Both the position numbers and the translations under genes were made by a program. From Chthoniobacteraceae bacterium (lineage in GTDB: Bacteria; Verrucomicrobiota; Verrucomicrobiia; Chthoniobacterales; Chthoniobacteraceae), in contig JBBCKI010000050.1 in assembly GCA_037190965.1 (NCBI GenBank), positions 1 through 64,000 of the forward strand: a stretch of 64,000 nt of DNA. The letters are read 5' to 3'. The notes below the pieces were generated by a model. That model worked only from the letters and a program-made list of their open reading frames with translations. It had not been told where the DNA came from and searched no databases. Every line of letters begins with the position of its first letter. Position 1 is the first letter of the stretch. Shown piece after piece: positions 20,277 to 29,823 of this stretch.

Positions 20277-20499
20277 GCATGTCGTCTGCTATCGAACAGA
20301 TGAACCGCCTGGGGAAAGATCGGGCGGATTTCGGAAGGACCCACCATCCAACTCCGCAAAGGCCTTCTTGGCTCGTTCGAGTTGCTTCGTCAGTTTGTCT
20401 AGTCCGGTTATTTTGATACTCAAATCTCTCGAATATCTTGCGTCACTTCGAACCTAAGGATGTACTAATTACCCAGCGACCGCTCTAAGTCTAGAGTCC

Positions 20500-20730
20500 C
20501 ATGCTGAAACCGTTAAACGGCTCATTCTTCTTTTGGAAGACGAGCGCTGCAGGCGGGGTTTTTCCCAAGAACCACTGGCAAAAGCCAGGGATAAGTCGAA
20601 CGGGCGTTCGTCACGTCGAGACGGTGATTTCAAGCCTACTCTTTATGCCTTGGTCAAGATGGCCGATGCCCTGAGCCTCGATCTGAGTTTTTTGATTCGG
20701 GAGGCCCAAAAGCAGTCCGATTTACCCTGA
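20500..20730 (+). pseudogene. XRE-family HTH regulator with compensating frameshifts
   Basis: ERCRRGFSQEPLAKA and GDFKPTLYALVKMADAL are in one frame; the recognition helix GISRTGVRHVE (20588-20620) is in another. Confidence 0.7.
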
Positions 20731-21017
20731 AGTGCTGCGGTGGTGTATTTATACGATGCATCGCACGAGCGGGGATATCTCTCAAGATGGGATGTCGATC
20801 GTTCGGCTCCTCTCCAGCAATCCCCGAATGTAGGGCATGAGACGTAAGTGACGGGAGCTATTTGGCAGCGCTGTCCTACAGGTGCGCATTTGCCCGACTT
20901 GGTCGAATAAATGCGGTGATATAGGCTTCAGCGGTGTTTCCAAATGCCGAATAAGGTGCTGAAGCCACTCGATTTTTCGTTTTGGACAATTCTGGAAAGA
21001 ATTGGATTCCCTTGGAC

Positions 21018-21041
21018 GTGTTCTCACTGGGTGTTCGCACT
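21018..21041. repeat. Direct repeat GTGTTC(T/G)CACT x2; candidate integrase arm-type sites
   Basis: Copies at 21018 and 21031, about 50 bp from the tRNA-Gly CCA end. Confidence 0.45.
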
Positions 21042-21091
21042 CGGTCAGAAATCGAGGCACGAAGCGACGTAAGTCGTTGGAAATCAGAAAC

Positions 21092-21165
21092 TGGAGCGGG
21101 TAGAGGGAATCGAACCCTCCTAGCCAGCTTGGAAGGCTGGAGCTTTACCACTAAGCTATACCCGC
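21092..21165 (-). tRNA. tRNA-Gly(TCC)
   Basis: GCGGGTA..CCAGC-CT-TCC-AA-GCTGG..GGTTCGATTCC..TACCCGC-T-CCA cloverleaf. Confidence 0.97.
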
Positions 21166-21277
21166 GTGGCCCGCTTGGAGAACGAGATCGATCCGCTGCG
21201 GGGGTGCCGCAGGGTCGATGCGAATTTGTTAGATCAAAGCCGGGACGGATGCAAGAGAAGTTTGTGGGGAATATTTC

Positions 21278-22645
21278 CTACACCGGGTCTTCACCCTCGA
21301 AGCCCACGGCGGGTCCGGAAGCTGCATTGGGGAGAGCTGAGGGAACCTCACCCGCCGCGCGGAAGGCGGAGATCAAATGCCCCTGCGCGTTTACGCGCAG
21401 AAACCGACCTCCCCAGCGAACAGGCAAAGGCAACCAGGCAAGCAGCCAAAAAATGGTTTCTGCGAGACTGGTGGCCAACGTGGAAACCGCGAAGGAAAGG
21501 ACCGGAGCGTCGACAAGAAATTGCAGCTGCTGGGCATTCCGGCGGGCAGTGACGATGCGAATGGTAAAGATGCTTGCAAAAAAGCTCCACCAAAGGAGAG
21601 ACATCGGCTGAAGTAAAACAGGGAGAAAGCTCCAGCTTACTCCGTGGGTAAAAACCATCGCAAAAGCTCCGGCGGGGTTGCAAATTCGGTAAGTGAAGGC
21701 GACCCGATGTTGATGAAAGACCCAGTCGAGCCAGCCGATCGGATCGGCATCGAGGGTCAAGACCTGCCGAGAGAGCCGGGTTGGCCGCCCCTTTTCCGCC
21801 AGCGCGGCTCCCAACCGGTTGTCCTCGGCCAACGTGGAGGAAAACGCTTCCCACCCTCCCACCGCGGCCACGTCATCCCGCCGAACGGCAATGCACGCCC
21901 CCAGCGCGAATCCAAGCCCTTCTGAATCCTGGAACTCGCCAGCCGTCTCACGCCCCCCCGGCTTTGAGGCACGGTTCGTCCCCCATTCCGCCGCCGCCAA
22001 GCCGGGCCATAAGGTCAGAAGGGTGGAAAGATGATCAAACTGTTGGGGGAAATTCGCCGCTCCGGTGAAGCGATACCCGGCCGTCAGCACTCCCTTCCCC
22101 ATCGCCGCCCATTCGGCGCGAAACGCGTCCATGAACCGGCGATCCGACAGGGCCTCGCTATCAGTGATGATCCAATGCTCCGGCCCCCTTTGCTGATCGC
22201 GGGAAAGCAGCATGAGCTTTTCGATTTTTGGATTTCGCGGCTCCAGGGACGCGGTAATCCCCTCTTCAGGAGTGCAGAGAAGCACGCTGGCGCGGACCCC
22301 CTCGGGAGCTTCTGCGCAGGCCGCCCTGCAAAGCGCAAAATCTTCGGGGGAATCAACCCCAAAAAAGACGCGGTCGCCGGAACGTGCGGAAAATACCAGC
22401 CGCCGTGCTTTATCATAAAGCCCCGGAACGCCTCTCTTAACGGGTCGCAAAAACGTGGCCGGAGGCGTTTCGTCCGACTGCCTCGGCGGCGTCGGCTCCG
22501 AAGAGGCGCGGCGGCCGATCAGCCGCGTCGTCATGATCCAGTAGCAAACCCCCGGCAAAGCCATCAGAGCCGAAGCAGCCGAAAGCCAGTCCGACCAACC
22601 AGGGCTTGTCACCGTCAACCAGGATGACCATGCTAAAAAAGTCAT
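21278..22645 (-). CDS. HpnI-like / ceramide glucosyltransferase-type glycosyltransferase (GT-A fold)
   Basis: TFLRPVKRG, NPKIEKL, IITDSE, ALGACIAVRR and LAEDNRLG motifs; N- and C-terminal TM segments. Confidence 0.8.
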   Translation of the reverse strand: MTFLAWSSWLTVTSPGWSDWLSAASALMALPGVCYWIMTTRLIGRRASSEPTPPRQSDETPPATFLRPVKRGVPGLYDKARRLVFSARSGDRVFFGVDSPEDFALCRAACAEAPEGVRASVLLCTPEEGITASLEPRNPKIEKLMLLSRDQQRGPEHWIITDSEALSDRRFMDAFRAEWAAMGKGVLTAGYRFTGAANFPQQFDHLSTLLTLWPGLAAAEWGTNRASKPGGRETAGEFQDSEGLGFALGACIAVRRDDVAAVGGWEAFSSTLAEDNRLGAALAEKGRPTRLSRQVLTLDADPIGWLDWVFHQHRVAFTYRICNPAGAFAMVFTHGVSWSFLPVLLQPMSLLWWSFFASIFTIRIVTARRNAQQLQFLVDAPVLSFAVSTLATSLAETIFWLLAWLPLPVRWGGRFLRVNAQGHLISAFRAAGEVPSALPNAASGPAVGFEGEDPV

Positions 22646-23441
22646 GAACGGGACGCAGGTTGCAACCAACTCCGCCAATCGGCAATGCCGGAAATGCTTA
22701 ATCATGACCGGCGACGATTTTGGCCTCAATTCGCGGGTAAATGAAGCCGTTGAGCAACTGCACCAGGCGGGAATCCTGACGCAAACGAGCCTGATGGTCA
22801 ATGAAGCCGGTGTCGACGAGGCGCTCCGGATCGCCAGGCGCAACCCGGGGCTCGTCGTCGGCCTGCATCTTGCGCTCTGCTGCGGGCGCGGCTCGAAAAA
22901 ATCTCCCCTCACCGACGCGCACGGGTGCTTTCTCCCCTCCCCCGCCCACGCGGGGCTTCGCTACGCATTCAAGCCCTCGCTTCGCCTCGCCCTTCGCGCG
23001 GAGATTGAGGCCCAGTTTTCGAAATTTGCCGCACTTGGGCTGCCGCCGGTTTACTGGGACGGCCATACGCATCTGCATCTGCACCCAACCGTGCTAGACC
23101 TGACACTTCCCGTGGCGGTCGCGACGGGGTTCCACGCCGTTCGCCTCGTGCGGGAGCCGGGCTGGGCAACGCTGCCCGTCGTCTTCCGAATGCTCAGCCG
23201 CGCTGCCCAGCCGAAGCTGAAAGAGCATGGAATCCGTTATGTGGATCGCGTTTTCGGACTCCGCCACACCGGGAAGGTCACCACACGGCTGCTGGAAAAC
23301 TGGTTAAGCGGGCTACCCGAAGGGTGGAGCGAAGTTTATTTCCACCCGGGGGCGGAACCGGCCCCCTTTGATAGCGACATGCTGCAGGAGTTGATCGAAC
23401 TGGAAGAAATCCGGCTTGGAACGGCTAGGGACTTGCAATAA
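22644..23441 (+). CDS. HpnK/YdjC-family carbohydrate deacetylase
   Basis: TGDDFG, VGLHL, DGHTHLHLHP and EVYFHPG motifs. Confidence 0.88.
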   Translation: MNGTQVATNSANRQCRKCLIMTGDDFGLNSRVNEAVEQLHQAGILTQTSLMVNEAGVDEALRIARRNPGLVVGLHLALCCGRGSKKSPLTDAHGCFLPSPAHAGLRYAFKPSLRLALRAEIEAQFSKFAALGLPPVYWDGHTHLHLHPTVLDLTLPVAVATGFHAVRLVREPGWATLPVVFRMLSRAAQPKLKEHGIRYVDRVFGLRHTGKVTTRLLENWLSGLPEGWSEVYFHPGAEPAPFDSDMLQELIELEEIRLGTARDLQ

Positions 23442-23445
23442 TCCC

Positions 23446-24264
23446 TCACACGACCACAAACCTCGGACTGACCTCGGTTTGAGATGCGCAATAGACCTCC
23501 ACCCCATCCCCCCTGTTGCCTTCATCGGCAGCCCCGGCATCTCGCAGTTGCGCCCGGACGGTCTCCACCGCCAGATCGACGGTATTGCAATCCCGGCTTA
23601 AGTGCCCGAGCACGGCGCGATTGAGCCCATGCTCCAGCAGCTCGGTGAGCACCCCGGCGGCGGCGGCGTTGGAGAGATGCCCGTGGCGCGACATGATTCG
23701 CTGTTTGACCGCCCAGGGGCGGCGGGTATCGTTCTGCAGCAGTTTGTCGTCGTAGTTCGTTTCGATTACCAGCGTGCTGACACCGCGCACGCGTTCTTTT
23801 GCCAGCTTGGTGCAGTGCCCAAGATCCGTCAAAAAACCCAGCGAGCGTTCGCCGTGATGAAAGACAAACCCGACCGGGTCCACAGCATCGTGCGGAACGG
23901 AAAATGCCTGGATACCGATGTCTTTGATGTGAAACTCGGTGCCTGACTGGAACTGTCGCACGTCGCCATGCGCCGACAATTCTTCCTTGCGGAGCACCTC
24001 CGCCGTGAGCCTGGTGCAGTACACCGGCAGGGCATTCTGTTTGCAAAAGACGCGAAGCCCGGCCACGTGATCACAATGCTCATGGGTAAGCAGGATGCCA
24101 TCGAGCATCTCGGGCGTCACCCCAAGGGCGGCGAGCCGGGTGGTGATCTGCCGCGCGCTCAACCCGGCGTCCACCAACAGGCGCCCTGTGGCCGACTCCA
24201 CGAGGGCGCAATTGCCCGCGCTGCCGCTGCCAAGAATGGTGACGCTGAATTTGCCGGAAATCAC
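23446..24264 (-). CDS. MBL-fold metallo-hydrolase (YycJ/WalJ-like)
   Basis: LGSGSAGN, THEHCDH, VPHDA, TDLG, GHLSN and LGHLS motifs; GTG start inferred. Confidence 0.88.
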   Translation of the reverse strand: MISGKFSVTILGSGSAGNCALVESATGRLLVDAGLSARQITTRLAALGVTPEMLDGILLTHEHCDHVAGLRVFCKQNALPVYCTRLTAEVLRKEELSAHGDVRQFQSGTEFHIKDIGIQAFSVPHDAVDPVGFVFHHGERSLGFLTDLGHCTKLAKERVRGVSTLVIETNYDDKLLQNDTRRPWAVKQRIMSRHGHLSNAAAAGVLTELLEHGLNRAVLGHLSRDCNTVDLAVETVRAQLRDAGAADEGNRGDGVEVYCASQTEVSPRFVVV

Positions 24265-24271
24265 CGGGCCA

Positions 24272-24310
24272 TTGAACGCGAAATCCAACGGGGGTGCGAG
24301 TGGAATTGTA
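24272..24310 (-). promoter_or_regulatory. Shared upstream motif, copy 1
   Basis: TACAATTCCACTCGC..TTGGATTTCGCGTTCAA; 29/39 identical to the lysA copy. Confidence 0.6.
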
Positions 24311-24396
24311 GGACGAGGCGCGCCAACATTGCGATTCCCGGCCGGCAAGCAATGCCTCGGGCTCCCGCGATGGCTAGGCGATCGTTGGCGAAGAGT

Positions 24397-25242
24397 TCAA
24401 GTGGCATCGGAGCCCTGTCGCTCCAGATCCCCAATCCAATCCTCCAACATGGCAGCCACCTCCCGATCCTCGCTTTGAAAGAGATAGAGCAGATTGGCCA
24501 ACATCCGTCGGAAGATGACCCGTGCCGAAGCCGGTCGAAAAAAGGCGGGATCGGCCTTGAGATTCTGGCGCATCAGAATGTCCGCGCAATCGGCGGGCGT
24601 CACCACTTTCCCGCAGGCAAACGGATCGAGAAGCGCGTTCTCCACACGGACGAGAAAATGCCCGGGGAAACTGACCCCCTCGATCGAAAGTCCCGCCCGA
24701 GCCGCGGTAAAAAGATAAACCAACGCGAGAGAAATCGGGATCCCCAGACGCGACTTGACCACCTCGGGCAGCAAAGAATTGCAGACCTGGTAATAATTGT
24801 CGGCGTTGCCGCGAAAGCCGAGTTCGCCGCCAAAGAAATCCCCCAACAGCTTCACCCGTTCGTCGGTGGTCATCGCCAAGGGCAGGCGGCGTGCCAGCGT
24901 TTCGCCCCAGACATCAAGCTGTTGCCGAGCGCTCTCCACCTCCGCCCCCGGCGCGATCACGCGCGCGAGGAGAAAGGTCGCATATTCCAATGCATCGAGC
25001 TCTCCCCGATCGGGAAAGTCGCGGCACAGACCGGTGAGTTCCTCGCGCGCTTCCTTTGCATCAATGGCGTGCAAAATGTCGTTCACATGCCGGGCGACGC
25101 TGCCTTCGTCGGCCGACAAAAGATCAAGCAGGCTGGGAACCGCCTCGCGTCCATGCGAAGCCAGCTGCGCTTTGACGAGTTCGACGGTGTGGGCGTCGTC
25201 GTCACGGAGCAGGCGGATGATCGCGTTGCGCTGAGCAAACAT
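24397..25242 (-). CDS. SirB1-family transglutaminase-like protein
   Basis: LGFRGNADNYY..NS, GIPISL, FPGHFL and RMLANL motifs. Confidence 0.85.
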   Translation of the reverse strand: MFAQRNAIIRLLRDDDAHTVELVKAQLASHGREAVPSLLDLLSADEGSVARHVNDILHAIDAKEAREELTGLCRDFPDRGELDALEYATFLLARVIAPGAEVESARQQLDVWGETLARRLPLAMTTDERVKLLGDFFGGELGFRGNADNYYQVCNSLLPEVVKSRLGIPISLALVYLFTAARAGLSIEGVSFPGHFLVRVENALLDPFACGKVVTPADCADILMRQNLKADPAFFRPASARVIFRRMLANLLYLFQSEDREVAAMLEDWIGDLERQGSDAT

Positions 25243-25360
25243 GCCGTCACGATAGCCGGTTCCCTATTCTCCGCAACAGGCAGTACGAAAAACCGAACAG
25301 CACAGGGAACTCCCGCACCCGATCTTGTGACTGCTCTGCCGCTTTGATAACATGCGCGGC

Positions 25361-25972
25361 ATGCCCCCGCGATTCCTGAGATTTTCGAGGCTTCTCCCGC
25401 TCATCCTTGTTTGCGCATCGTCCCTCTGCCATGCCGCTCCGTGGCGTTTTGATCCCGGCAAACTGGTGACGCTGGCGCGCAATCAGGTTGGTGTGACCGT
25501 GGGATATGATCCCGCCTATCGAGTGCTTGCCTATCCCGGAGGAGACGTCCCGATGGAAACCGGCGTCTGCTGTGATGTCGTCATCCGAGCTCTTCGCGGG
25601 CTCTCCATCGATCTCCAGGAGGAGGTTCATAAGGACATGGCCGTAAATTTCAGAAAATACCCGAACCTCTGGAATCTTTCCAAGCCGGACAAAAATATCG
25701 ACCATCGACGGGTTCCGAACCTGATGACGTTTTTCAAAAGACGCGGCTGCGAACTGTCGCCATCAATGGAGCCCGGCAACTACCTTCCCGGCGACCTGGT
25801 GACATGCCTGGTCGGAGGCAGACTCCCTCACATCTTCGTGATTTCCGACCGCAGGACCGCCGAGGGGATTCCGCTGGGGATCCACAACATCGGCCGCGGC
25901 GCGCAGGAGGAAGATATTCTCTTCAGGTATAAAATCACCGGCCACTATCGACTGGCGGCAGTGGTGCCCTAA
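25361..25972 (+). CDS. DUF1287 (YijF-like) secreted protein
   Basis: YDPAY..YPGGDVP..GVCCDVVIRA, DKNIDHRRVPNL and HNIGRG motifs; signal peptide. Confidence 0.9.
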   Translation: MPPRFLRFSRLLPLILVCASSLCHAAPWRFDPGKLVTLARNQVGVTVGYDPAYRVLAYPGGDVPMETGVCCDVVIRALRGLSIDLQEEVHKDMAVNFRKYPNLWNLSKPDKNIDHRRVPNLMTFFKRRGCELSPSMEPGNYLPGDLVTCLVGGRLPHIFVISDRRTAEGIPLGIHNIGRGAQEEDILFRYKITGHYRLAAVVP

Positions 25973-25999
25973 ATGGCCCTGAATGTCGATTAGTCGCGA

Positions 26000-28024
26000 C
26001 TAGTCATCAATATTCCCCAGCGCTGCTTTCATTGCCGCAAAGCGCGACTTCGCGGCAGGCGCTTCAACCGGGGTGTTGAGCAGCACCTGCAGGTTCACAT
26101 GCTCGATAAGCGCGGGATCAAGCTCGCGAATGAACGAGCTATGCGTGCACGGCACCGTCCCGCCGTAACGGAAGCGGCTGTGGCAGTGGGTCATCGTCAG
26201 GGTCTGCTGGGCGCGGGTGATGCCGACGTAGAGCAGCCGCCGTTCTTCGTCGAGCGTTCCTTCCACCTTGGATCGGTCGTGCGGCAGAATTCCTTCCTCC
26301 AGGCCGACGAGGTAGCAATGCGGGAACTCAAGGCCCTTTGCGGCGTGCAATGTGATGAGCATGACCCCGGAACCTTTTTCCTCATCCTTTTTATCTTCCT
26401 CGCGTTCCTGTCTCAGCGCCATCGAGTCGAGATACCCGCGTAGCCCCTCGGTTGAGTTCTGCTGGAATCGGTCGAACCCCTCCAGGATCTCCCGGACGTT
26501 GGTTTCCCGCGCGAGCGCTTCCTCAGCGGTTTTGCATGATTTGCGGAGATCTTCGTAGTAGTTGGTCTCCTCAATGATCGTGCGCAGGACCGCGCACTGA
26601 TCGACCAGCGGCGTGTTGAGCTGTGTCTCCCAGTGGTCAAGCTGGGCGGCGAACTCCCCGATGGCATTGATGGCGCGGGTCTGGAGGACGTCGCGCAACT
26701 CCGGCATCTGCAAGGCCTGGAAAAGGCTGCACCCTTTTTGCACGCTCAATTCCAGCGCCCTCTCCACCGTTGTTTCGCTGATTCCGCGCGGCGGGGTGTT
26801 GATGATGCGCAGCAGGCTGACGTCATCGTCGGCATTCAAGATGCACGAAGCATAGGCAAGCACATCCTTCACCTCGCGCCGGTCGAAGAAGCTTTTGCCG
26901 CCCACCAGCTTGTAGGGAATCTGAAGCGCCCGCAGGCTTTCCTCCAGCAGGCGGGACTGCGCGTTCATCCGGAAGAGAATGGCGAAGCTCTCGTAGGGGA
27001 GACTATCGGCCGCCGCCCGGGTATGGATCTCCCGCGCGATGAACTCCGCCTCCTCGCGATCATTCGGGGCCACTACAATGCGGATCTTCTCCCCATCGCC
27101 TTTCGCGCTCCAGAGCGACTTGGCGCGGCGGCGCGGGTTGTTTTTGATCAGCGTGTTGGCGGAGTTAAGGATCGTATTGGTGCTTCGGTAGTTCTGCTCC
27201 AGCTTGACCACCGTGGGGTTGGCGAAGTGCGCCTCGAACTCCAGAATGTTGGAGACCTCCGCCCCGCGCCAGCCGTAGATCGATTGATCGTCGTCGCCCA
27301 CCACCGCGATGTTGGGCTGCAAGCCGTCGTCGCGCTTGGCCAGATAACTAGCCATGTCGAGTTGGAGACGGTTGGTGTCCTGAAACTCGTCGATCATGAT
27401 GTAGCGGAAGCGGTTCTGCCACTTCACCCGCACATCGGCGTGCTCGCCAAGGAGCTTGACTGTGAGGAGCAGCAGATCGTCGAAGTCAACGGCGTTAAGG
27501 TTTTTGAGTTCCTTCTGGTAGCGGGCAAATACCGCGCCGAGGAGCGTCTGCTCATCCTTGGGGGCGCTGGAGCCGTTATTTTTCGCCTTGCTGATGAGGG
27601 ACTTCGCCGCGTTGGGCTCCAGCTTTTCGTCCTTGGCGGCTGTCTTGGTGATGATCTTCTTGATCAGGCCGGTCTGGTCGCCCTCATCATAAATTGTAAA
27701 ATTCTTTTTATATCCAAGCTTCTCGATATCGGAGCGGAGAATTCGGACGCAAAGCGCGTGGAAGGTACACATCGTCACTTTCTTGGCGACCTCCGGCTCC
27801 ACCATCCCGGCCAGACGCTCCCTCATTTCGTTTGCGGCCTTGTTGGTAAACGTCACCGCGAGGATCGACTCCGGCGAGATATTGTTGGCCAACATGTAGG
27901 CGATTCGAGCCGTGATCACGCGCGTCTTCCCCGTGCCCGCCCCCGCCAGAATGAGCAGCGGCCCCTCGGTGGTGGTGGCGGCCAGGCGTTGGGGGTCGTT
28001 GAGATCGAAGAAGCGGAATGACAT
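26000..28024 (-). CDS. UvrD/Rep/PcrA ATP-dependent DNA helicase
   Basis: AGAGTGKT, TFTNKAA, DEFQD, VGDDDQSIYGWRGA, TLHAAKGLEF and EERRLLYVGITRA motifs. Confidence 0.95.
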   Translation of the reverse strand: MSFRFFDLNDPQRLAATTTEGPLLILAGAGTGKTRVITARIAYMLANNISPESILAVTFTNKAANEMRERLAGMVEPEVAKKVTMCTFHALCVRILRSDIEKLGYKKNFTIYDEGDQTGLIKKIITKTAAKDEKLEPNAAKSLISKAKNNGSSAPKDEQTLLGAVFARYQKELKNLNAVDFDDLLLLTVKLLGEHADVRVKWQNRFRYIMIDEFQDTNRLQLDMASYLAKRDDGLQPNIAVVGDDDQSIYGWRGAEVSNILEFEAHFANPTVVKLEQNYRSTNTILNSANTLIKNNPRRRAKSLWSAKGDGEKIRIVVAPNDREEAEFIAREIHTRAAADSLPYESFAILFRMNAQSRLLEESLRALQIPYKLVGGKSFFDRREVKDVLAYASCILNADDDVSLLRIINTPPRGISETTVERALELSVQKGCSLFQALQMPELRDVLQTRAINAIGEFAAQLDHWETQLNTPLVDQCAVLRTIIEETNYYEDLRKSCKTAEEALARETNVREILEGFDRFQQNSTEGLRGYLDSMALRQEREEDKKDEEKGSGVMLITLHAAKGLEFPHCYLVGLEEGILPHDRSKVEGTLDEERRLLYVGITRAQQTLTMTHCHSRFRYGGTVPCTHSSFIRELDPALIEHVNLQVLLNTPVEAPAAKSRFAAMKAALGNIDD

Positions 28025-28061
28025 GAAGGAGAAGCGGGGCGGGATTTTTGGACGCGGGATT

Positions 28062-28106
28062 TTTAACCTGAATTCCGACGTTGGAGCGAGCGGAATTGTG
28101 CAAGAG
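28062..28106 (-). promoter_or_regulatory. Shared upstream motif, copy 2
   Basis: CTCTTGCACAATTCCGCTCGCTCCAACGTCGGAATTCAGGTTAAA; 38/45 identical to the lysA copy. Confidence 0.7.
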
Positions 28107-28142
28107 CCCTGAAGCGAATTGGCCAGTGGAGATGGGCAAGTT

Positions 28143-28285
28143 GGTCCGCTCGCGCCGCGAGCGCGGGCTGGGTTTACGACCGCGTTTGACACCAATTCCC
28201 CCAGGACGGGCTGCTGGGATCGGGATGGGACCTTCACGAAGCCACGGGGGCCGAACCCCGCGCTCGACGGCGCGAGCGGGCTACC
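28143..28285. repeat. REPIN (inverted REP pair, left REP degenerate)
   Basis: Ends in CCCGCGCTCGACGGCGCGAGCGGGCTACC; interior homologous to 62526-62673. Confidence 0.85.
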
Positions 28286-28350
28286 GGTGCTACCGCACCA
28301 TTCTCGTTTCAAGAGGTGACGCAAGACCTTTCCGGGTTGAATGGAAATCG

Positions 28351-28545
28351 CTAATTATTGCTGAAGTAATGCCGCTCGGCTTCCTCCCAGTCGCTCGCTT
28401 CACTTCCTGGCTGATGATTACCCCGGCGGATCAACCAGATTTCGTGAGCCTCTTGCCGGATCATCTCAAGCTGATATTCGGAGATTTCCTCGCGCGTCTG
28501 GCTCTGGACGGGGTGCTCCGATTGCCTGTGCTGCTCCTGTTCCAC
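28351..28545 (-). CDS. DUF2934-like small protein
   Basis: IRQEAHEIW..G...G....DWEEAE motif; GTG start inferred. Confidence 0.7.
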   Translation of the reverse strand: MEQEQHRQSEHPVQSQTREEISEYQLEMIRQEAHEIWLIRRGNHQPGSEASDWEEAERHYFSNN

Positions 28546-28587
28546 ATTCAAAAATTCGGAGTTCGAACAGGAAGCGCGCGCCCCCAT

Positions 28588-29307
28588 TCACTCTGAAGCA
28601 GTTCGACTTGGCAGGGATGCGAGCGCTTCCCGAACCTGCGGGTAGAGCGTCATTGTCCACGCGGGAAGAGAGAGCCCGGGAGGCAGTTCGTGCCGCCGGA
28701 AATCGACCGGGCTCAGAATCACCTTCACCTTGGAAATCCCGGTCAACGCCACAAGAACGAAAAGATCCTCGGCGGCTTCATCCCCCATCGCAAGACAGCC
28801 AATCGAAACATTCTTGCCATGGATCATAATGTCGCCACCTAGATTCGTCCGCCCTTCCTCGACCCCCCTCGCCCGGTCGAAATCATTCGGGTAGCTCACC
28901 TTCATGGAGAGATGATACGCGCTGTTGGGGTTGAGGTATTCGATCCCGTAAAGCCCTTCGGGGACCTGCCCGTCGCCCTCCTTCAACTTCGGCCCCAAAG
29001 TCCCGCTGGCGCGGTGAACCGGGTAGGCACGGATGAAGCGGAGCTTTCCTTCCGGCCCTGCGGCGTAGACTTCCAACACCTCCTCCTGCTTGAACCCGGC
29101 AAACACCAATCGCGCGGGCGGATATGGAACTCCGACACGTTTGAAATCGGGGGCGAGCCGCCTCTCCACCACCGGCGAGAATTGCTGCAACCGGCTCTCG
29201 ATCGTCTCGGAGCCACTGGAACGGTATCGGAGGATCGCTTTTTTGAGTATCCATCCGAAGAGAGCGGTGACGGCAAAAAGAGCGAGAGTTTGAAGAATAC
29301 GGCGCAT
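28588..29307 (-). CDS. L,D-transpeptidase family protein (YafK/DpaA-like)
   Basis: GPKLKEGDGQVPEG, YHLSMKVSYPN and IMIHGKNVSIGC (His/Cys) motifs; N-terminal TM. Confidence 0.9.
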   Translation of the reverse strand: MRRILQTLALFAVTALFGWILKKAILRYRSSGSETIESRLQQFSPVVERRLAPDFKRVGVPYPPARLVFAGFKQEEVLEVYAAGPEGKLRFIRAYPVHRASGTLGPKLKEGDGQVPEGLYGIEYLNPNSAYHLSMKVSYPNDFDRARGVEEGRTNLGGDIMIHGKNVSIGCLAMGDEAAEDLFVLVALTGISKVKVILSPVDFRRHELPPGLSLPAWTMTLYPQVREALASLPSRTASE

Positions 29308-29348
29308 CGATCGTGCAGCGAGAATAACACTTTTCTCTGCCGGGCCGC

Positions 29349-29386
29349 AAAATAAAGAGCCGCTCCCCGATTTCCCGGAGAGCGGC
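29349..29386 (-). terminator. Intrinsic terminator after rnpB
   Basis: GCCGCTCTCCGG-GAAA-TCGGGGAGCGGC followed by TCTTTATTTT. Confidence 0.8.
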
Positions 29387-29393
29387 CCGTAAG

Positions 29394-29792
29394 CGGACGG
29401 CTATAAGCCGAATTTTGTCGGGCCCGCGTTGCCGTGGGCCGGATGACCATTTATCTCACGCTGCTTTCGCAGCGAGCCGGTTGACCCGGTGCGACTATTA
29501 CCCGGGAATCCGCCGGAGATTGCTCCCCGACTCGGGCAGGCGGCCCATTTCCCTGTTTTGTCTTGCACCGCATGGGGTTTTTCGTGCCCCGGAGCTTGCG
29601 CGCCGGGCGGTGAGCTTTTACCTCGCCTTTTCACCCTTACCGGAGTTGCCTCCGGCGGTCTGTTTTCTGTGACACTTTCCGTCGCCGCAGGCTTTCGCCC
29701 AACGACTCCCGCGCGTTCTACGCGGCATGCTGCCTTGTGGTGTTCGGACTTTCCTCCAACGGGTTTCCCCGCCGGCGGTCACCCGCCGTCCG
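29394..29792 (-). ncRNA. rnpB: RNase P RNA
   Basis: GAGGAAAGTCCG, AGTGTCACAGAAA, GGGTGAAAAGG and ACAAAATTCGGCTTATA conserved blocks; complementary CGGACGG/CCGTCCG ends. Confidence 0.97.
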
Positions 29793-29823
29793 AGGGAGAA
29801 TGTAACCCTGAGGCAGCTTCAAG

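Larger units (their letters stand above)
1..21091. mobile_element. Candidate (degenerate) genomic island at the tRNA-Gly 3' end; left boundary outside the window
   Basis: Only accessory genes; visibly more AT-rich codon use than 21-64 kb; decayed XRE gene and short direct repeats beside the tRNA 3' end; no intact integrase in the window. Confidence 0.55.

Noticed and set aside
20782..21060. 92-aa minus ORF as an integrase remnant (LQHLIRH)
   Set aside because: Resemblance limited to a few residues and no catalytic motifs; needs tBLASTn
20982..21611. 209-aa ORF spanning tRNA-Gly
   Set aside because: Overlaps the tRNA and the glycosyltransferase antisense
23968..28021. 459-aa and 462-aa plus-strand ORFs
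   Set aside because: Antisense to the MBL, SirB1 and UvrD genes; shadow ORFs
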